Virus record (IMG/VR): IMGVR_UViG_3300044535_001837
Span: 1-56,497 of that record
Origin: a virus
Taxonomy: Duplodnaviria; Caudoviricetes
DNA length: 56,497 bases
Reading direction: 5' to 3' (one strand)
Under the pieces are notes generated by a model that was given only the letters and a program-made list of their open reading frames with translations, had not been told where the DNA came from and did no database searches. A program made the position numbers and the translations under genes. Below, one piece after another: positions 26,652-35,469 of the stretch (its first letter is position 1; the number at the start of each line of letters is the position of its first letter).

Positions 26652-26667
26652 GTAAAAATTAAATCAA

Positions 26668-28272
26668 ATGGAACCTAAAGATTTATTCTTCGCCCAAGAG
26701 GGCAGACTCAAGTTGATCTCAGGGATCAAGAAGATTGCAGGAGCTGTAAAGAGTACTTTGGGCCCTAATGGGAACACGGTACTAATTGAGAGTCCTAATC
26801 ACACGCATGGTATCACAGTAACAAAGGATGGGGTAACTGTCGCTAAGGCGGTTGACTTGATTGATCCTGTTGAGAACCTTGCGGTACGAATTATGAAGGA
26901 GGCTGCGGATAAGACAGCTACATCTGCCGGAGATGGTACTACCACGGCGATTGTATTGACCGAGGGGTTAGTTCTTGGATGGGTAGATCATTTTGTAAGT
27001 TCGGGTACTAATGTGAATTCAACAGAGGTATTGCGTAACATTCATGAGTTGAGTGAGAAGGTGATTGGTAATCTTAGGAAGAAAGCCAAGAAGGTAAGTT
27101 CTTCAAAGTTGTTGGACGTTGCTACTATCTCTGCGAATAATGATCGTGAGGTAGGTAGGATTATTTCTGAGGTGTACAAGGAAGTTGGGGACAATGGCAT
27201 TGTAACTGTTGAGCGAAGCCAAACTTCAGATACGTATGCTGATGTAACTAAGGGTTTGAAGATTGACAGAGGATACTCTAGTCCATTGTTCATTAATGAT
27301 CAGGGTAGGGATGAGTGTGTGTTTGAGGATGTGTATGTATTAGTGTCTGACATTGGCATTGATAATATCCTTCAGATCCATGATAAGGTATTGCAGCCGA
27401 TTACTCAGAGTGGTAAGAAGCTATTGGTAATATCACCTTGTTCTACAAATGTGGTGAACACGTTTGCTGCTAACGTAATGAAGAACAACTTTAAGTTCTG
27501 CGTTATACAGCCACCAAGCTTTGGTTACAAGCAGCATGAGTTGATGCAGGACATTGCATTAAGTATTGGTGCGACATACTTCAGTGAGAAGACAGGTGAT
27601 GATCTTTCTAGAATGACTATGAGTGACTTGGGTCATGCATCCAAGATCGTAGTTGGAAAGGATAAGACCATTATTATTAAGAGCGATCTTAAGATTGACC
27701 AACAATTAATTGATGAAAGGGTTCAGCAACTATGGGATGCTCATAGTATTGCTAAGAAGAAGGCTGATCGTGATCATATCTTGGAGCGTATTGCTTCTTT
27801 GACAGGTGGTATTGGAGTGATCTACGTAGGAGGCAACACTGACCTAGAGCAGAAGGAGTTGTATGACCGGGTTGATGATGCGGTGTGTGCGGTACGATCT
27901 GCATTGGAGGAAGGAATCCTTCCGGGTGCCGGCAAGGCTTTAGTAGATGAGAGTGCTAATTTGCTTGCTGAGCTTGGTAATTTGAATAGAAGTGATGAGT
28001 ATGATGCAGCACTTAAGATCTTGATCAATGCGATGATGGCACCGTTTCAGCAGATCCTTGCTAACGCAGGATTGAAACCAAGTGAGATCTACAATGGTGA
28101 GATTCCTGTAGGTCATGGTTATAACTTGAAGACAGGTGAGATGGGTGACTTGATTAAGATGGGGGTAATTGACCCACTAAAGGTTACACGTAGTGCATTA
28201 CAGAACGCTGTGAGTGTAGCAACAACTATTCTATCAACTAACGCTATCATCACGATGGCTAGACCTTACTAA
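26668..28272 (+). CDS. groEL: Chaperonin GroEL (phage-encoded)
   Basis: TLGPNG, TKDGVTVAK, AGDGTTTA, RVDDAVCAVRSALEEGILPG and GVIDPLKVTRSALQNA motifs; no GGM tail. Confidence 0.95.
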   Translation: MEPKDLFFAQEGRLKLISGIKKIAGAVKSTLGPNGNTVLIESPNHTHGITVTKDGVTVAKAVDLIDPVENLAVRIMKEAADKTATSAGDGTTTAIVLTEGLVLGWVDHFVSSGTNVNSTEVLRNIHELSEKVIGNLRKKAKKVSSSKLLDVATISANNDREVGRIISEVYKEVGDNGIVTVERSQTSDTYADVTKGLKIDRGYSSPLFINDQGRDECVFEDVYVLVSDIGIDNILQIHDKVLQPITQSGKKLLVISPCSTNVVNTFAANVMKNNFKFCVIQPPSFGYKQHELMQDIALSIGATYFSEKTGDDLSRMTMSDLGHASKIVVGKDKTIIIKSDLKIDQQLIDERVQQLWDAHSIAKKKADRDHILERIASLTGGIGVIYVGGNTDLEQKELYDRVDDAVCAVRSALEEGILPGAGKALVDESANLLAELGNLNRSDEYDAALKILINAMMAPFQQILANAGLKPSEIYNGEIPVGHGYNLKTGEMGDLIKMGVIDPLKVTRSALQNAVSVATTILSTNAIITMARPY

Positions 28273-28274
28273 CT

Positions 28275-28508
28275 ATGGAGACTGTACTAAACCCATTTGG
28301 CCACGGCCAAGCGAAAAAAGTCGTTGACGAGAACCGCAAGACTTGGGAAGAATACCTAAGTACTGCTGTTGTGCATGATGAGAATGAGTTCTACATTCTG
28401 TTTGAGGATGGTCTTTTAGTAAAGAAGGGTAGATCAAAGTTCCGAACTAGTCAGTATATTAAGGGAGAGCGATTCAAAAGTTTCGCAGATCACTATGAGA
28501 ACGTTTAA
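28275..28508 (+). CDS. Hypothetical protein
   Basis: ORF directly after groEL. Confidence 0.6.
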   Translation: METVLNPFGHGQAKKVVDENRKTWEEYLSTAVVHDENEFYILFEDGLLVKKGRSKFRTSQYIKGERFKSFADHYENV

Positions 28509-28511
28509 GTC

Positions 28512-28817
28512 ATGGATAATTGTTGTGGGAACGGCTGTGATATTTGCACTGCTAACAATACTGTGGTACCATTTTCAATCAAGGTACAATTAGTTCTTGA
28601 TAGCATAGAGAAAATGCTCATTGAGAAGAACCGGAAGTATGGTAACTCAGCTCTTGAACCTATAGGTGTATTCAGTAAGCTCTCCTCTAGGGAGGGTTTG
28701 CTGATACGCATCGATGATAAGTTAAAGCGAATCAAGAACGGTAGCTTAGATAATGATGACGAAGACGTTGTGAATGACCTGATTGGGTACCTAGTCTTGT
28801 TAAAAATTCATGCATAA
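28512..28817 (+). CDS. Nucleotide-modification-associated domain 1 (DUF1599/MazG-like) protein
   Basis: KNRKYGNS...RIDDKLKRI...DLIGY motif. Confidence 0.65.
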   Translation: MDNCCGNGCDICTANNTVVPFSIKVQLVLDSIEKMLIEKNRKYGNSALEPIGVFSKLSSREGLLIRIDDKLKRIKNGSLDNDDEDVVNDLIGYLVLLKIHA

Positions 28818-28862
28818 TTCGGATAGTTTCCGAATAACCACCTATATCTAACCATATAAGTT

Positions 28863-29513
28863 ATGAACATTCTACAAATTCAGTTTCCTGCAAGTCAATA
28901 CATAGCAGAGGAGCATCCTAAGAAACAAATATATCTTCACCATACAGCAGGAAGCCCTAATGGTATAGGTACATTTGGATGGTGGGCATCTAATACAGAG
29001 AGAGTTGCTACTTGTGTATCTATATCCGGTATTGGTAAAGGATGTGTAGATGGTCAGATTGTTCAGGGATTCAATTCAAAGTATTGGGCATACCATCTAG
29101 GATTACAAAGAAGTGTATTTAGCAGTCGCAAGATCCCATATCAACAACTAGATAAGATTAGCATTGGGATTGAGATCTGTAATTGGGGTAATTTGAGAGA
29201 GTCTAATGGTAAGTTTTATAATTATGTTGGTAAAGAGATGACTGATGGGATTATAAAACTAGATAAGCCATATAAGGGATTTACTTATTTCCATAGTTAT
29301 ACTGATGCTCAGATAGAATCTGTAAGGCAATTGCTTTTACTATGGAAAAAAAGATACAATATCCCACTAGACTACAACGATGACATTTGGGATATAACAC
29401 CTAGAGCTCTTAAAGGAGAAGCAGGTGTCTTTACACATAACTCAGTTAGGAGAGATAAGATTGATATCTACCCTCATCCAAAAATGATTGAGATGTTGAA
29501 GAGTTTAAAATAG
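28863..29513 (+). CDS. Endolysin, N-acetylmuramoyl-L-alanine amidase (Amidase_2)
   Basis: IYLHHTAG, WAYHLG, SIGIEIC, YTDAQIES and THNSVRRDKID Zn-amidase motifs. Confidence 0.9.
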   Translation: MNILQIQFPASQYIAEEHPKKQIYLHHTAGSPNGIGTFGWWASNTERVATCVSISGIGKGCVDGQIVQGFNSKYWAYHLGLQRSVFSSRKIPYQQLDKISIGIEICNWGNLRESNGKFYNYVGKEMTDGIIKLDKPYKGFTYFHSYTDAQIESVRQLLLLWKKRYNIPLDYNDDIWDITPRALKGEAGVFTHNSVRRDKIDIYPHPKMIEMLKSLK

Positions 29514-30053
29514 TTTTTTGCTTACACCTATTTGGTGAACACGTTGCATAGGTTGATATTGGTACTGAAACAAATACTTATTATCCAAGTATGAGGCTGA
29601 AGCACTAGGTTGTAGTAGTGAGTTGACTCCTACTCCTAAGTAAATTCCTTTAGGCTTCTTTATAATCGTTTCAGTTTTAGTATTAGTAACAGTGTTAGTT
29701 ATCACAGGGATTTTAAAATCGTTCGTAACATCCATTTTAAGTACCTCTCCAAGGACTTCCCCACTCACATAGGTATTGCCATGCTCAAATGGAGTTGTAG
29801 TACTGAATGATTTAATAGTGGGCTTATGATCAATTAGGATTGTATCCCTAATAACTTTAGTTTTGATTTCTTTTTTAGGGATATAAACTGTCTCCACTTT
29901 GTCGACAAACAAAGTATCAGTCTCTGTAACTGTAGAAAATCTATAAACCTGTTCTGCTTCAGGTTTAGGATAAACTATAAAAGCTAAAATTACACCTGCC
30001 ATAAAAGATAAAATAGCAATTCTGATTCGCTCGTCATCTAATAACTGTTTCAT
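29505..30053 (-). CDS. Membrane-anchored protein, possibly a lysis accessory
   Basis: N-terminal TM, DT-repeat stalk and beta-rich C-terminus; adjacent to the lysin. Confidence 0.5.
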   Translation of the reverse strand: MKQLLDDERIRIAILSFMAGVILAFIVYPKPEAEQVYRFSTVTETDTLFVDKVETVYIPKKEIKTKVIRDTILIDHKPTIKSFSTTTPFEHGNTYVSGEVLGEVLKMDVTNDFKIPVITNTVTNTKTETIIKKPKGIYLGVGVNSLLQPSASASYLDNKYLFQYQYQPMQRVHQIGVSKKLF

Positions 30054-30274
30054 TACTGTTCAATAAATAAATTGTCGTCCAATAGTATTTTTCTTAGTTC
30101 CTCACGGCACCATTTATAAGCTTTATAGGTTTCATCAGATAATTCTTTGTATTTCATTTCAGATCGAAGTAACTGATCAAAGTCCCAAATAGCACTTTTA
30201 TACTTATGACCATTAATTGCTGACTGAAATTCAATATTTTCTTCAGGCAAATCAAATTCTAGTACTGCTTTCAT
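30053..30274 (-). CDS. Hypothetical phage protein (MKAVLEFDLPEE type)
   Basis: Coupled ORF with a recurrent phage motif. Confidence 0.65.
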   Translation of the reverse strand: MKAVLEFDLPEENIEFQSAINGHKYKSAIWDFDQLLRSEMKYKELSDETYKAYKWCREELRKILLDDNLFIEQ

Positions 30275-31152
30275 AGGGGAAACTTGCAACTATCCACTAG
30301 TAATTCATAACTTCTTAATTCTTTCCTGTGTGTTTCTATTCCTGATAGGGTAAGTATCCTTCCACCGGTAGGTTTTACAGGAGCTCCACGTTCTACATGC
30401 CAGCCAAAGGCTCCATCTTCATACTCTTCTTTGTATGAACCTGTAATTGCTAGGTGAATTTGCTTATGAACTAGTTCATGTACGTGTTTACCCGGATTAA
30501 ATTGGATAGCATCACGAACATCATTACGACTAGAGTTCTCATGTATGTGACCCATGATAAATACGTCCATGTTCTCGTACATTTCTAGAGCTCTTGTTAA
30601 GTTAATAGCCCCCTTTGTAACTATACCTCCACCTCCACTGCCATGAAAGTACTTTAAATTTTTTGACATGTAGGTATTATTACCTAAGTGATATTTTATT
30701 ATCAACCATCCTCCATATCCACCTGTATAAACTTGTGTTTTGTTGGTATAGTTTAAAAGATCTACAAATCTTTGAAGAGGATCTGTCTCAAGATTCTTTA
30801 TGATTGCAGTCTCATGGTTACCATATCCGATTACTGTGAGTAAGTGAGCGTAAGGAGACCACCAATTAACTGCATCTTCAATGACTGCATCGATATAGTT
30901 TGATTTGTTATGTTCAGGAAGAATATCTTTCTTATTTCTTCTAGGATCATATTTACCTTGCATGAGACATAGGAAATCTCCGTTGATAAAGATGGGGATA
31001 TTGTGTTCTTTGCAGTAGTCTAGATGATTCTTTAGCTTTTCTCTATCGCACTTTGGATTGTCCCAATGTATATCTGATAGTAATGCTAATTTTGATTCTT
31101 CTTTACCAAGTTCTAGTACGTGAACATTTCTGCTAACCTTTTTTAGATTCAT
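30271..31152 (-). CDS. Calcineurin-like metallophosphoesterase
   Basis: SDIH, GD, GNHE, HG and GHIH motifs; start placed at MNLKK. Confidence 0.85.
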   Translation of the reverse strand: MNLKKVSRNVHVLELGKEESKLALLSDIHWDNPKCDREKLKNHLDYCKEHNIPIFINGDFLCLMQGKYDPRRNKKDILPEHNKSNYIDAVIEDAVNWWSPYAHLLTVIGYGNHETAIIKNLETDPLQRFVDLLNYTNKTQVYTGGYGGWLIIKYHLGNNTYMSKNLKYFHGSGGGGIVTKGAINLTRALEMYENMDVFIMGHIHENSSRNDVRDAIQFNPGKHVHELVHKQIHLAITGSYKEEYEDGAFGWHVERGAPVKPTGGRILTLSGIETHRKELRSYELLVDSCKFPL

Positions 31153-31238
31153 CAGAAGATTATTTGTTGTCCATAAAGTTACTATTTTTTTTGGTTTTCC
31201 AAACCAAAGCTGTATATTGTACACATAATAATAATCTT

Positions 31239-31343
31239 ATGGCACTAAATGAGAGAGATTATCGCAACTTCATAGATGGGCTTATAATAGGGGTTGTATT
31301 TGGATTCATTGTTTCTACCATCTTTTTCCTAGCATTCTCATGA
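31239..31343 (+). CDS. Tiny membrane peptide (34 aa, not in the ORF track)
   Basis: MALNERDYRNFIDGLIIGVVFGFIVSTIFFLAFS; ATGA overlap with the next gene. Confidence 0.5.
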   Translation: MALNERDYRNFIDGLIIGVVFGFIVSTIFFLAFS

Positions 31344-31588
31344 CTATACTTGAACAGATTATCATTGACTATCCTGAAGAGTCTTTCTATATTGCTGATG
31401 GATTTGATGATGCCATAATAGGGTTTGATGAATCAAACAGAAGACTTGTTTATGATATGGATAAAGTAATTGATATTCTTATTCTTGATGGAATGGAATA
31501 TGATGAGGCTATAGAATATTACGATTTTAATATATCAAGTGCTTACATTGGAGAAGGAACTCCTATCTTTGTAAAAAATTATTCATGA
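31340..31588 (+). CDS. Acidic conserved phage protein
   Basis: ADGFDDAIIG...EAIEYYDFNI..AYIGEGTPIF motif. Confidence 0.7.
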   Translation: MTILEQIIIDYPEESFYIADGFDDAIIGFDESNRRLVYDMDKVIDILILDGMEYDEAIEYYDFNISSAYIGEGTPIFVKNYS

Positions 31589-31842
31589 AAGCAATCGGAA
31601 AAAACATTGTAATCAAATCTATTAATGAAGAAGTAAAGACTTCATCAGGATTAATTTTATCAGGAGAAGACACGAATCAATTAAGATACAAACGTGGAAC
31701 AGTAGTAACTCCCGGTACAGAAGTAAGCAACATTAAAGAAGGCGATGAGATATACTATGACAAAGCTCAGAGCTATACGATGATCATTAATGATGATCAA
31801 TTTACAATTATTCAAGAACGTGACGTTGTTCTTGTTCTTTAA
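31585..31842 (+). CDS. groES: Co-chaperonin GroES
   Basis: MKAIGKNIVI, mobile loop KTSSGLILS, GTVV..G, IKEGD and ERDV motifs. Confidence 0.85.
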   Translation: MKAIGKNIVIKSINEEVKTSSGLILSGEDTNQLRYKRGTVVTPGTEVSNIKEGDEIYYDKAQSYTMIINDDQFTIIQERDVVLVL

Positions 31843-32260
31843 GTTTTGAATCTTTAATTTCTTTATTCATTTGAATGATCATGTTGCGGTATACCTTATC
31901 GGTGTACCGTACTTTTTTTGCAAACATTGGATTGTTGCATGCGGTCATTGGAATCTCCTCACCCTCTAACTTTTTATAGATAGAGTTTACCATTCGTTTG
32001 GCTTTATATGATAGAGCGTATACTGCTCTTCTTCCTTTGTATCCGGGCCTAAAGTTTTCTATCCATCCATTTTCAAGAAGTCTATTGAACCTTGATCTAT
32101 CCCAAGAAAGGAGTTCACTAAATTCTTTAAACTTTGTGACTTTGAAATATTTTTCCGAATATAGGAAAAGGATTACGTCAAGGTCTGATTGTGAGATCTT
32201 ATACTTGACTTTAGTGTATTGAGAGATGACCTTCCAATATTTTAAATAATCTGATTTCAT
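31808..32260 (-). CDS. Winged-helix-like transcriptional regulator
   Basis: SQSDLDVILFLY...RLLENGWI...YALSYKA looks MarR-like; start placed at MKSDYLKYW below a minus-strand -7 box. Confidence 0.55.
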   Translation of the reverse strand: MKSDYLKYWKVISQYTKVKYKISQSDLDVILFLYSEKYFKVTKFKEFSELLSWDRSRFNRLLENGWIENFRPGYKGRRAVYALSYKAKRMVNSIYKKLEGEEIPMTACNNPMFAKKVRYTDKVYRNMIIQMNKEIKDSKLKEQEQRHVLE

Positions 32261-32265
32261 TTTAT

Positions 32266-32286
32266 TACATTTGTAAAGCAAAGTTA
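32266..32286. promoter_or_regulatory. Overlapping divergent -7 boxes (+ TACATTTG; - TAACTTTG)
   Basis: Two TAnnTTTG boxes on opposite strands in a 37-nt gap. Confidence 0.6.
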
Positions 32287-32297
32287 AAATATTAATC

Positions 32298-32609
32298 ATG
32301 GCAAAGTCAAGAAACAAAGATTTTCCTTTAAGCAATCCTTCTAATCCCATGAAGAATAAGAGGAAAGATATTCCTTTGGCTCCTACTCCTGATCCCGGAA
32401 ATAGAAAGACTCTTACTAAAAAAGAGTATAAAGAGCAGAAGAAGCAAGCTAGATGGCAAAGCAATATTGATCAAGCTCGTGAGGGAACACTAGCTGATAG
32501 AAGAATTGAAAGAGCAGCAAAAATAGGATCTGCTGTTGGAGATGCTATAGCAACAGCGACAGGAGTTGGAGCAATAGCAAACGCCATTAAGTCAAGAAGA
32601 AATAGATAG
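32298..32609 (+). CDS. Basic hypothetical protein
   Basis: K/R-rich, with an internal KDFPL/KDIPL repeat. Confidence 0.6.
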   Translation: MAKSRNKDFPLSNPSNPMKNKRKDIPLAPTPDPGNRKTLTKKEYKEQKKQARWQSNIDQAREGTLADRRIERAAKIGSAVGDAIATATGVGAIANAIKSRRNR

Positions 32610-32691
32610 TAAATTTAAATAATAAGATTATGAAACCTTGTACACAAAAAGTTAAAACAGCAACATCTTACAAACCAAAACCAAAAACAAA

Positions 32692-32835
32692 ATGAAAGGA
32701 GATCAAATGATGGCAATGGGTATGCCCAAAGCTGCAGTCCTAGGTGGACCAAAGAAATCAATGGTAAAGAAAGCAGTAGCTAAGAAGCCTGTAGTTAAGA
32801 AGGCTGTAGCTAAGAAGATGGGTAAGAAAAAATAA
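32692..32835 (+). CDS. Histone-H1-like basic peptide (47 aa, not in the ORF track)
   Basis: MKGDQMMAMGMPKAAVLGGPKKSMVKKAVAKKPVVKKAVAKKMGKKK; preceded by a coupled 21-aa ORF at 32630-32695. Confidence 0.65.
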   Translation: MKGDQMMAMGMPKAAVLGGPKKSMVKKAVAKKPVVKKAVAKKMGKKK

Positions 32836-32838
32836 CCT

Positions 32839-33051
32839 ATGCTTAAAAGTAAAATGATCGGTGGTGGCAGTCGTGTCGCTAAAGAAGATAAGAAAGAAGC
32901 TAGATTAGCTAAGAGAGTTGATAGACTTATGGATAAGGAGGCGAAGCAATTTGCTAAGTCTAAATATCCTGTTTATGAATTCTTTAAATCTGAATCAAAA
33001 TTTTCCAAGAAGGCTCAAAAGCTTACTGATCGTTATAACAGAAAGAAGTAA
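32839..33051 (+). CDS. Basic hypothetical protein
   Basis: K/R-rich, 70 aa. Confidence 0.6.
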   Translation: MLKSKMIGGGSRVAKEDKKEARLAKRVDRLMDKEAKQFAKSKYPVYEFFKSESKFSKKAQKLTDRYNRKK

Positions 33052-33053
33052 TT

Positions 33054-33344
33054 ATGGCTGTTAAGTCTAAAATGAAATGTAACCGTGTCGTTGCTTCTGA
33101 CAGACCCGGCAAAAAGAGAATGGTTAAAGCTTGTGCTAATGGACAAGAAAAGCTAATTCACTTTGGTGCTGAGGGTTATGGTCATAACTATTCAGCAGCG
33201 GCACGGTCTTCATTTAAGGCTCGTCATAAATGCGATACTGCTAAAGATAAATTATCTGCTAAGTATTGGGCATGTAAGAACTTATGGGCAGGTCCCGGAG
33301 GATCTACTAAATCTTCACCTAAATCAAGAAGAGGTAAGTACTGA
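33054..33344 (+). CDS. Basic conserved viral protein (DUF5754-like)
   Basis: KK.MV...KLIHFG..GY...SFKARH.C.....SA.YWA...LW motif. Confidence 0.6.
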   Translation: MAVKSKMKCNRVVASDRPGKKRMVKACANGQEKLIHFGAEGYGHNYSAAARSSFKARHKCDTAKDKLSAKYWACKNLWAGPGGSTKSSPKSRRGKY

Positions 33345-33628
33345 TGAAAAATCCTATTCAAGTAAATACTTATAGAAGAAGTACCAATAAGAATGGTAAG
33401 TTCTCTTCTGTTTTTACTTCTAACATAGATACAGGTGACACCAAGATGGTCACTCAGAATATAGTTAAGGGTGATAAGGGTAAGTACCGAAGTGCTTCAT
33501 TAAAGAAGAATGATAATGGTACTGTGTCAGGTAACTTTGTTAAGGGAGAAAAAGGTAAGTACTTGACAGGAGGTAGGGCTGAAAGAAAGTTTTCTCGTTT
33601 GTCTACTAGGATGAATAGAAAGAAATGA
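33344..33628 (+). CDS. Basic hypothetical protein
   Basis: K/R-rich, with VKG(D/E)KGKY twice. Confidence 0.6.
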   Translation: MKNPIQVNTYRRSTNKNGKFSSVFTSNIDTGDTKMVTQNIVKGDKGKYRSASLKKNDNGTVSGNFVKGEKGKYLTGGRAERKFSRLSTRMNRKK

Positions 33629-33960
33629 AAGACTCTTGTTACAAAAAGGTAAAGGCATCTTATGATGTGTTCCCTTCTGCTAGGGCTTCTCAAGCTATTG
33701 CTAAATGTCGTAAGGCATCGGGTAATGTAAAGAAAAGTTCTGCAGGGACTAGTCTAAAGCGTTGGCAAGCAGAGAAGTGGAAGGATACAAAAAGCGGTAA
33801 ACCATGCGGAGCAGGTGGACGTAATGAATACTGCAGACCGACCAAAAGAATATCATCAGAAACACCAAAGACTAAGAGTGAGATAAGTCCTTCAAGACTT
33901 GCTGCTAAAAAATTAGAGAAGAGTAAAGTTGGAATGGGTAAAAGAATTTCTAAAGTTTAA
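33625..33960 (+). CDS. Basic conserved viral protein (DUF5872-like)
   Basis: DSCYKKVKASYDVFPSA, LKRW..EKW.D and CRP.KRIS..TPKT motifs. Confidence 0.6.
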   Translation: MKDSCYKKVKASYDVFPSARASQAIAKCRKASGNVKKSSAGTSLKRWQAEKWKDTKSGKPCGAGGRNEYCRPTKRISSETPKTKSEISPSRLAAKKLEKSKVGMGKRISKV

Positions 33961-33961
33961 C

Positions 33962-33969
33962 TATATTTG
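33962..33969 (+). promoter_or_regulatory. -7 box TATATTTG
   Basis: TAnnTTTG upstream of ATG 33994. Confidence 0.55.
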
Positions 33970-33993
33970 TTCATCATTAAAAAATTAAATCAA

Positions 33994-34395
33994 ATGGCAC
34001 AGAAAGTATTAAAGACAAACGCTGAATTGCTAGAACTAGTTAGAGCGTTGAACATGACTCCTACTGAGAAAGGCAGTAAGGCAGAGGCAAAGATTAAAAA
34101 GATCGTAGATAAGATCAAGCCTCTATTTGATGAGTATAATGAGAAGAGAGAAGACATTCGTCTTGATCATGCTCATACAGATTCTAACGGTGTTTTGAAT
34201 CTAAAAGAGAATGGTGAATATAACTTCACTAAGGATGGCATCAAAGCGATGTCTAAGGATATGAAAAAATTGCTTGATGAGACTTTCGAGTTTTATCAAT
34301 TTACTTTCTCAAGTGAAGGTATTGAGAACTTTAAGTTCTTAGCAGGATGGGTTGAAGGTATTGATGCTGAGCAATCTGTTGAAGAAGTTGAATAA
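33994..34395 (+). CDS. Hypothetical protein
   Basis: Start placed at MAQKVL; followed by a hairpin at about 34426-34460. Confidence 0.65.
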   Translation: MAQKVLKTNAELLELVRALNMTPTEKGSKAEAKIKKIVDKIKPLFDEYNEKREDIRLDHAHTDSNGVLNLKENGEYNFTKDGIKAMSKDMKKLLDETFEFYQFTFSSEGIENFKFLAGWVEGIDAEQSVEEVE

Positions 34396-34470
34396 ATTAT
34401 TCACTTAAAAATAAACAGTAAGAACGGCATCAGTCTTAATTGGTTGGTGCCATTCTTTCTTATAAAGAAT

Positions 34471-34629
34471 ATGAAAAGCAAAGGACTAGGAGATACCATC
34501 GAAAAGATAACTAAGGTTACAGGTATCAAGAAAGTAGTTGAGACTGTAGCTAAAGCTGCAGATAAAGATTGTGGCTGTTCAAAAAGACGTGATGCACTTA
34601 ATCGTGCATTTCCATATAAAGAAGATTAA
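34471..34629 (+). CDS. Small conserved phage protein (KSKGLGDTIEK...CGC type)
   Basis: Recurrent motif in Bacteroidota phages. Confidence 0.65.
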   Translation: MKSKGLGDTIEKITKVTGIKKVVETVAKAADKDCGCSKRRDALNRAFPYKED

Positions 34630-34640
34630 TTAATAAGATC

Positions 34641-34898
34641 ATGGCATATCAGAAATTACAACAATCAAGAGCCGCTGTTGTCACTAAGAGTGATACTGTA
34701 AACATTCCAAATCCCGGTAACGGACAAGTAGAGGGATGTGTATTATATGTTGGTACAGGAGGAGTATTACGTGTATTGACAGCAGGTGGTGATGACATTA
34801 CTTTCACAAACGTACCAAACGGATTTCTATCTACTTTCCAAGTGATTAGAGTATTCGCTACTGACACAACTGCTAATAACATTATCGCACTTTGGTAG
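34641..34898 (+). CDS. Small virion protein (head-spike base-like)
   Basis: LYVGTGG.LRV....G..ITF..VP.G...V.RV.AT.TTA..I.AL motif. Confidence 0.55.
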   Translation: MAYQKLQQSRAAVVTKSDTVNIPNPGNGQVEGCVLYVGTGGVLRVLTAGGDDITFTNVPNGFLSTFQVIRVFATDTTANNIIALW

Positions 34899-34899
34899 A

Positions 34900-35031
34900 A
34901 TGGCAAAGGTAATAGTAAGTAGCATCTACAAGAAGAAGCATAAGAAGAAGGGCTTGGCTGCTAAGAATTCTACAAGTAGCAATAAGAGTAGCAAGCTTTA
35001 TAAGAAGACTTATAAAGGGCAGGGAAGATGA
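34900..35031 (+). CDS. Basic peptide ending KKTYKGQGR (43 aa, not in the ORF track)
   Basis: MAKVIVSSIYKKKHKKKGLAAKNSTSSNKSSKLYKKTYKGQGR; ATGA-coupled to the holin. Confidence 0.65.
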   Translation: MAKVIVSSIYKKKHKKKGLAAKNSTSSNKSSKLYKKTYKGQGR

Positions 35032-35459
35032 AATATATACAATATCTTTTTGCCTCCTTACTTTTATTATTTGTCCCAATATATGGGCTTCTTGTTGCCG
35101 TTGCTATGGCTATTATCCTTGACACTTTTACAGGAGTATTTAAATCAATAAAACTTCACGGTTTGAAAAGTATTAGAAGTAGAAAGCTTTCTACTATAGT
35201 TAGTAAAATGCTTCTATATGAAGTAACTGTGCTTTTCCTTTTCCTTATGGACAAATATCTTTTAAATGAATTTGTTGTCTTATGGTTCGGGATTGAGTTT
35301 ATGTTTACTAAAATGTGTGCTATAGTTCTTATATTTATAGAACTAGTTTCAGTTAAAGAAAACATAGAGGAAGCTTACAATATCGATATATGGAATATGC
35401 TCAAGCGTTTATTGAGCAGAGCCAAAGAGATTAAGTCTGATATCGATGACTTAAAATAA
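35028..35459 (+). CDS. Holin (phage holin 4-like)
   Basis: Several TM segments; DTFTGV..S and E..SV.ENI motifs. Confidence 0.75.
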   Translation: MKYIQYLFASLLLLFVPIYGLLVAVAMAIILDTFTGVFKSIKLHGLKSIRSRKLSTIVSKMLLYEVTVLFLFLMDKYLLNEFVVLWFGIEFMFTKMCAIVLIFIELVSVKENIEEAYNIDIWNMLKRLLSRAKEIKSDIDDLK

Positions 35460-35469
35460 ACTTGGAATA

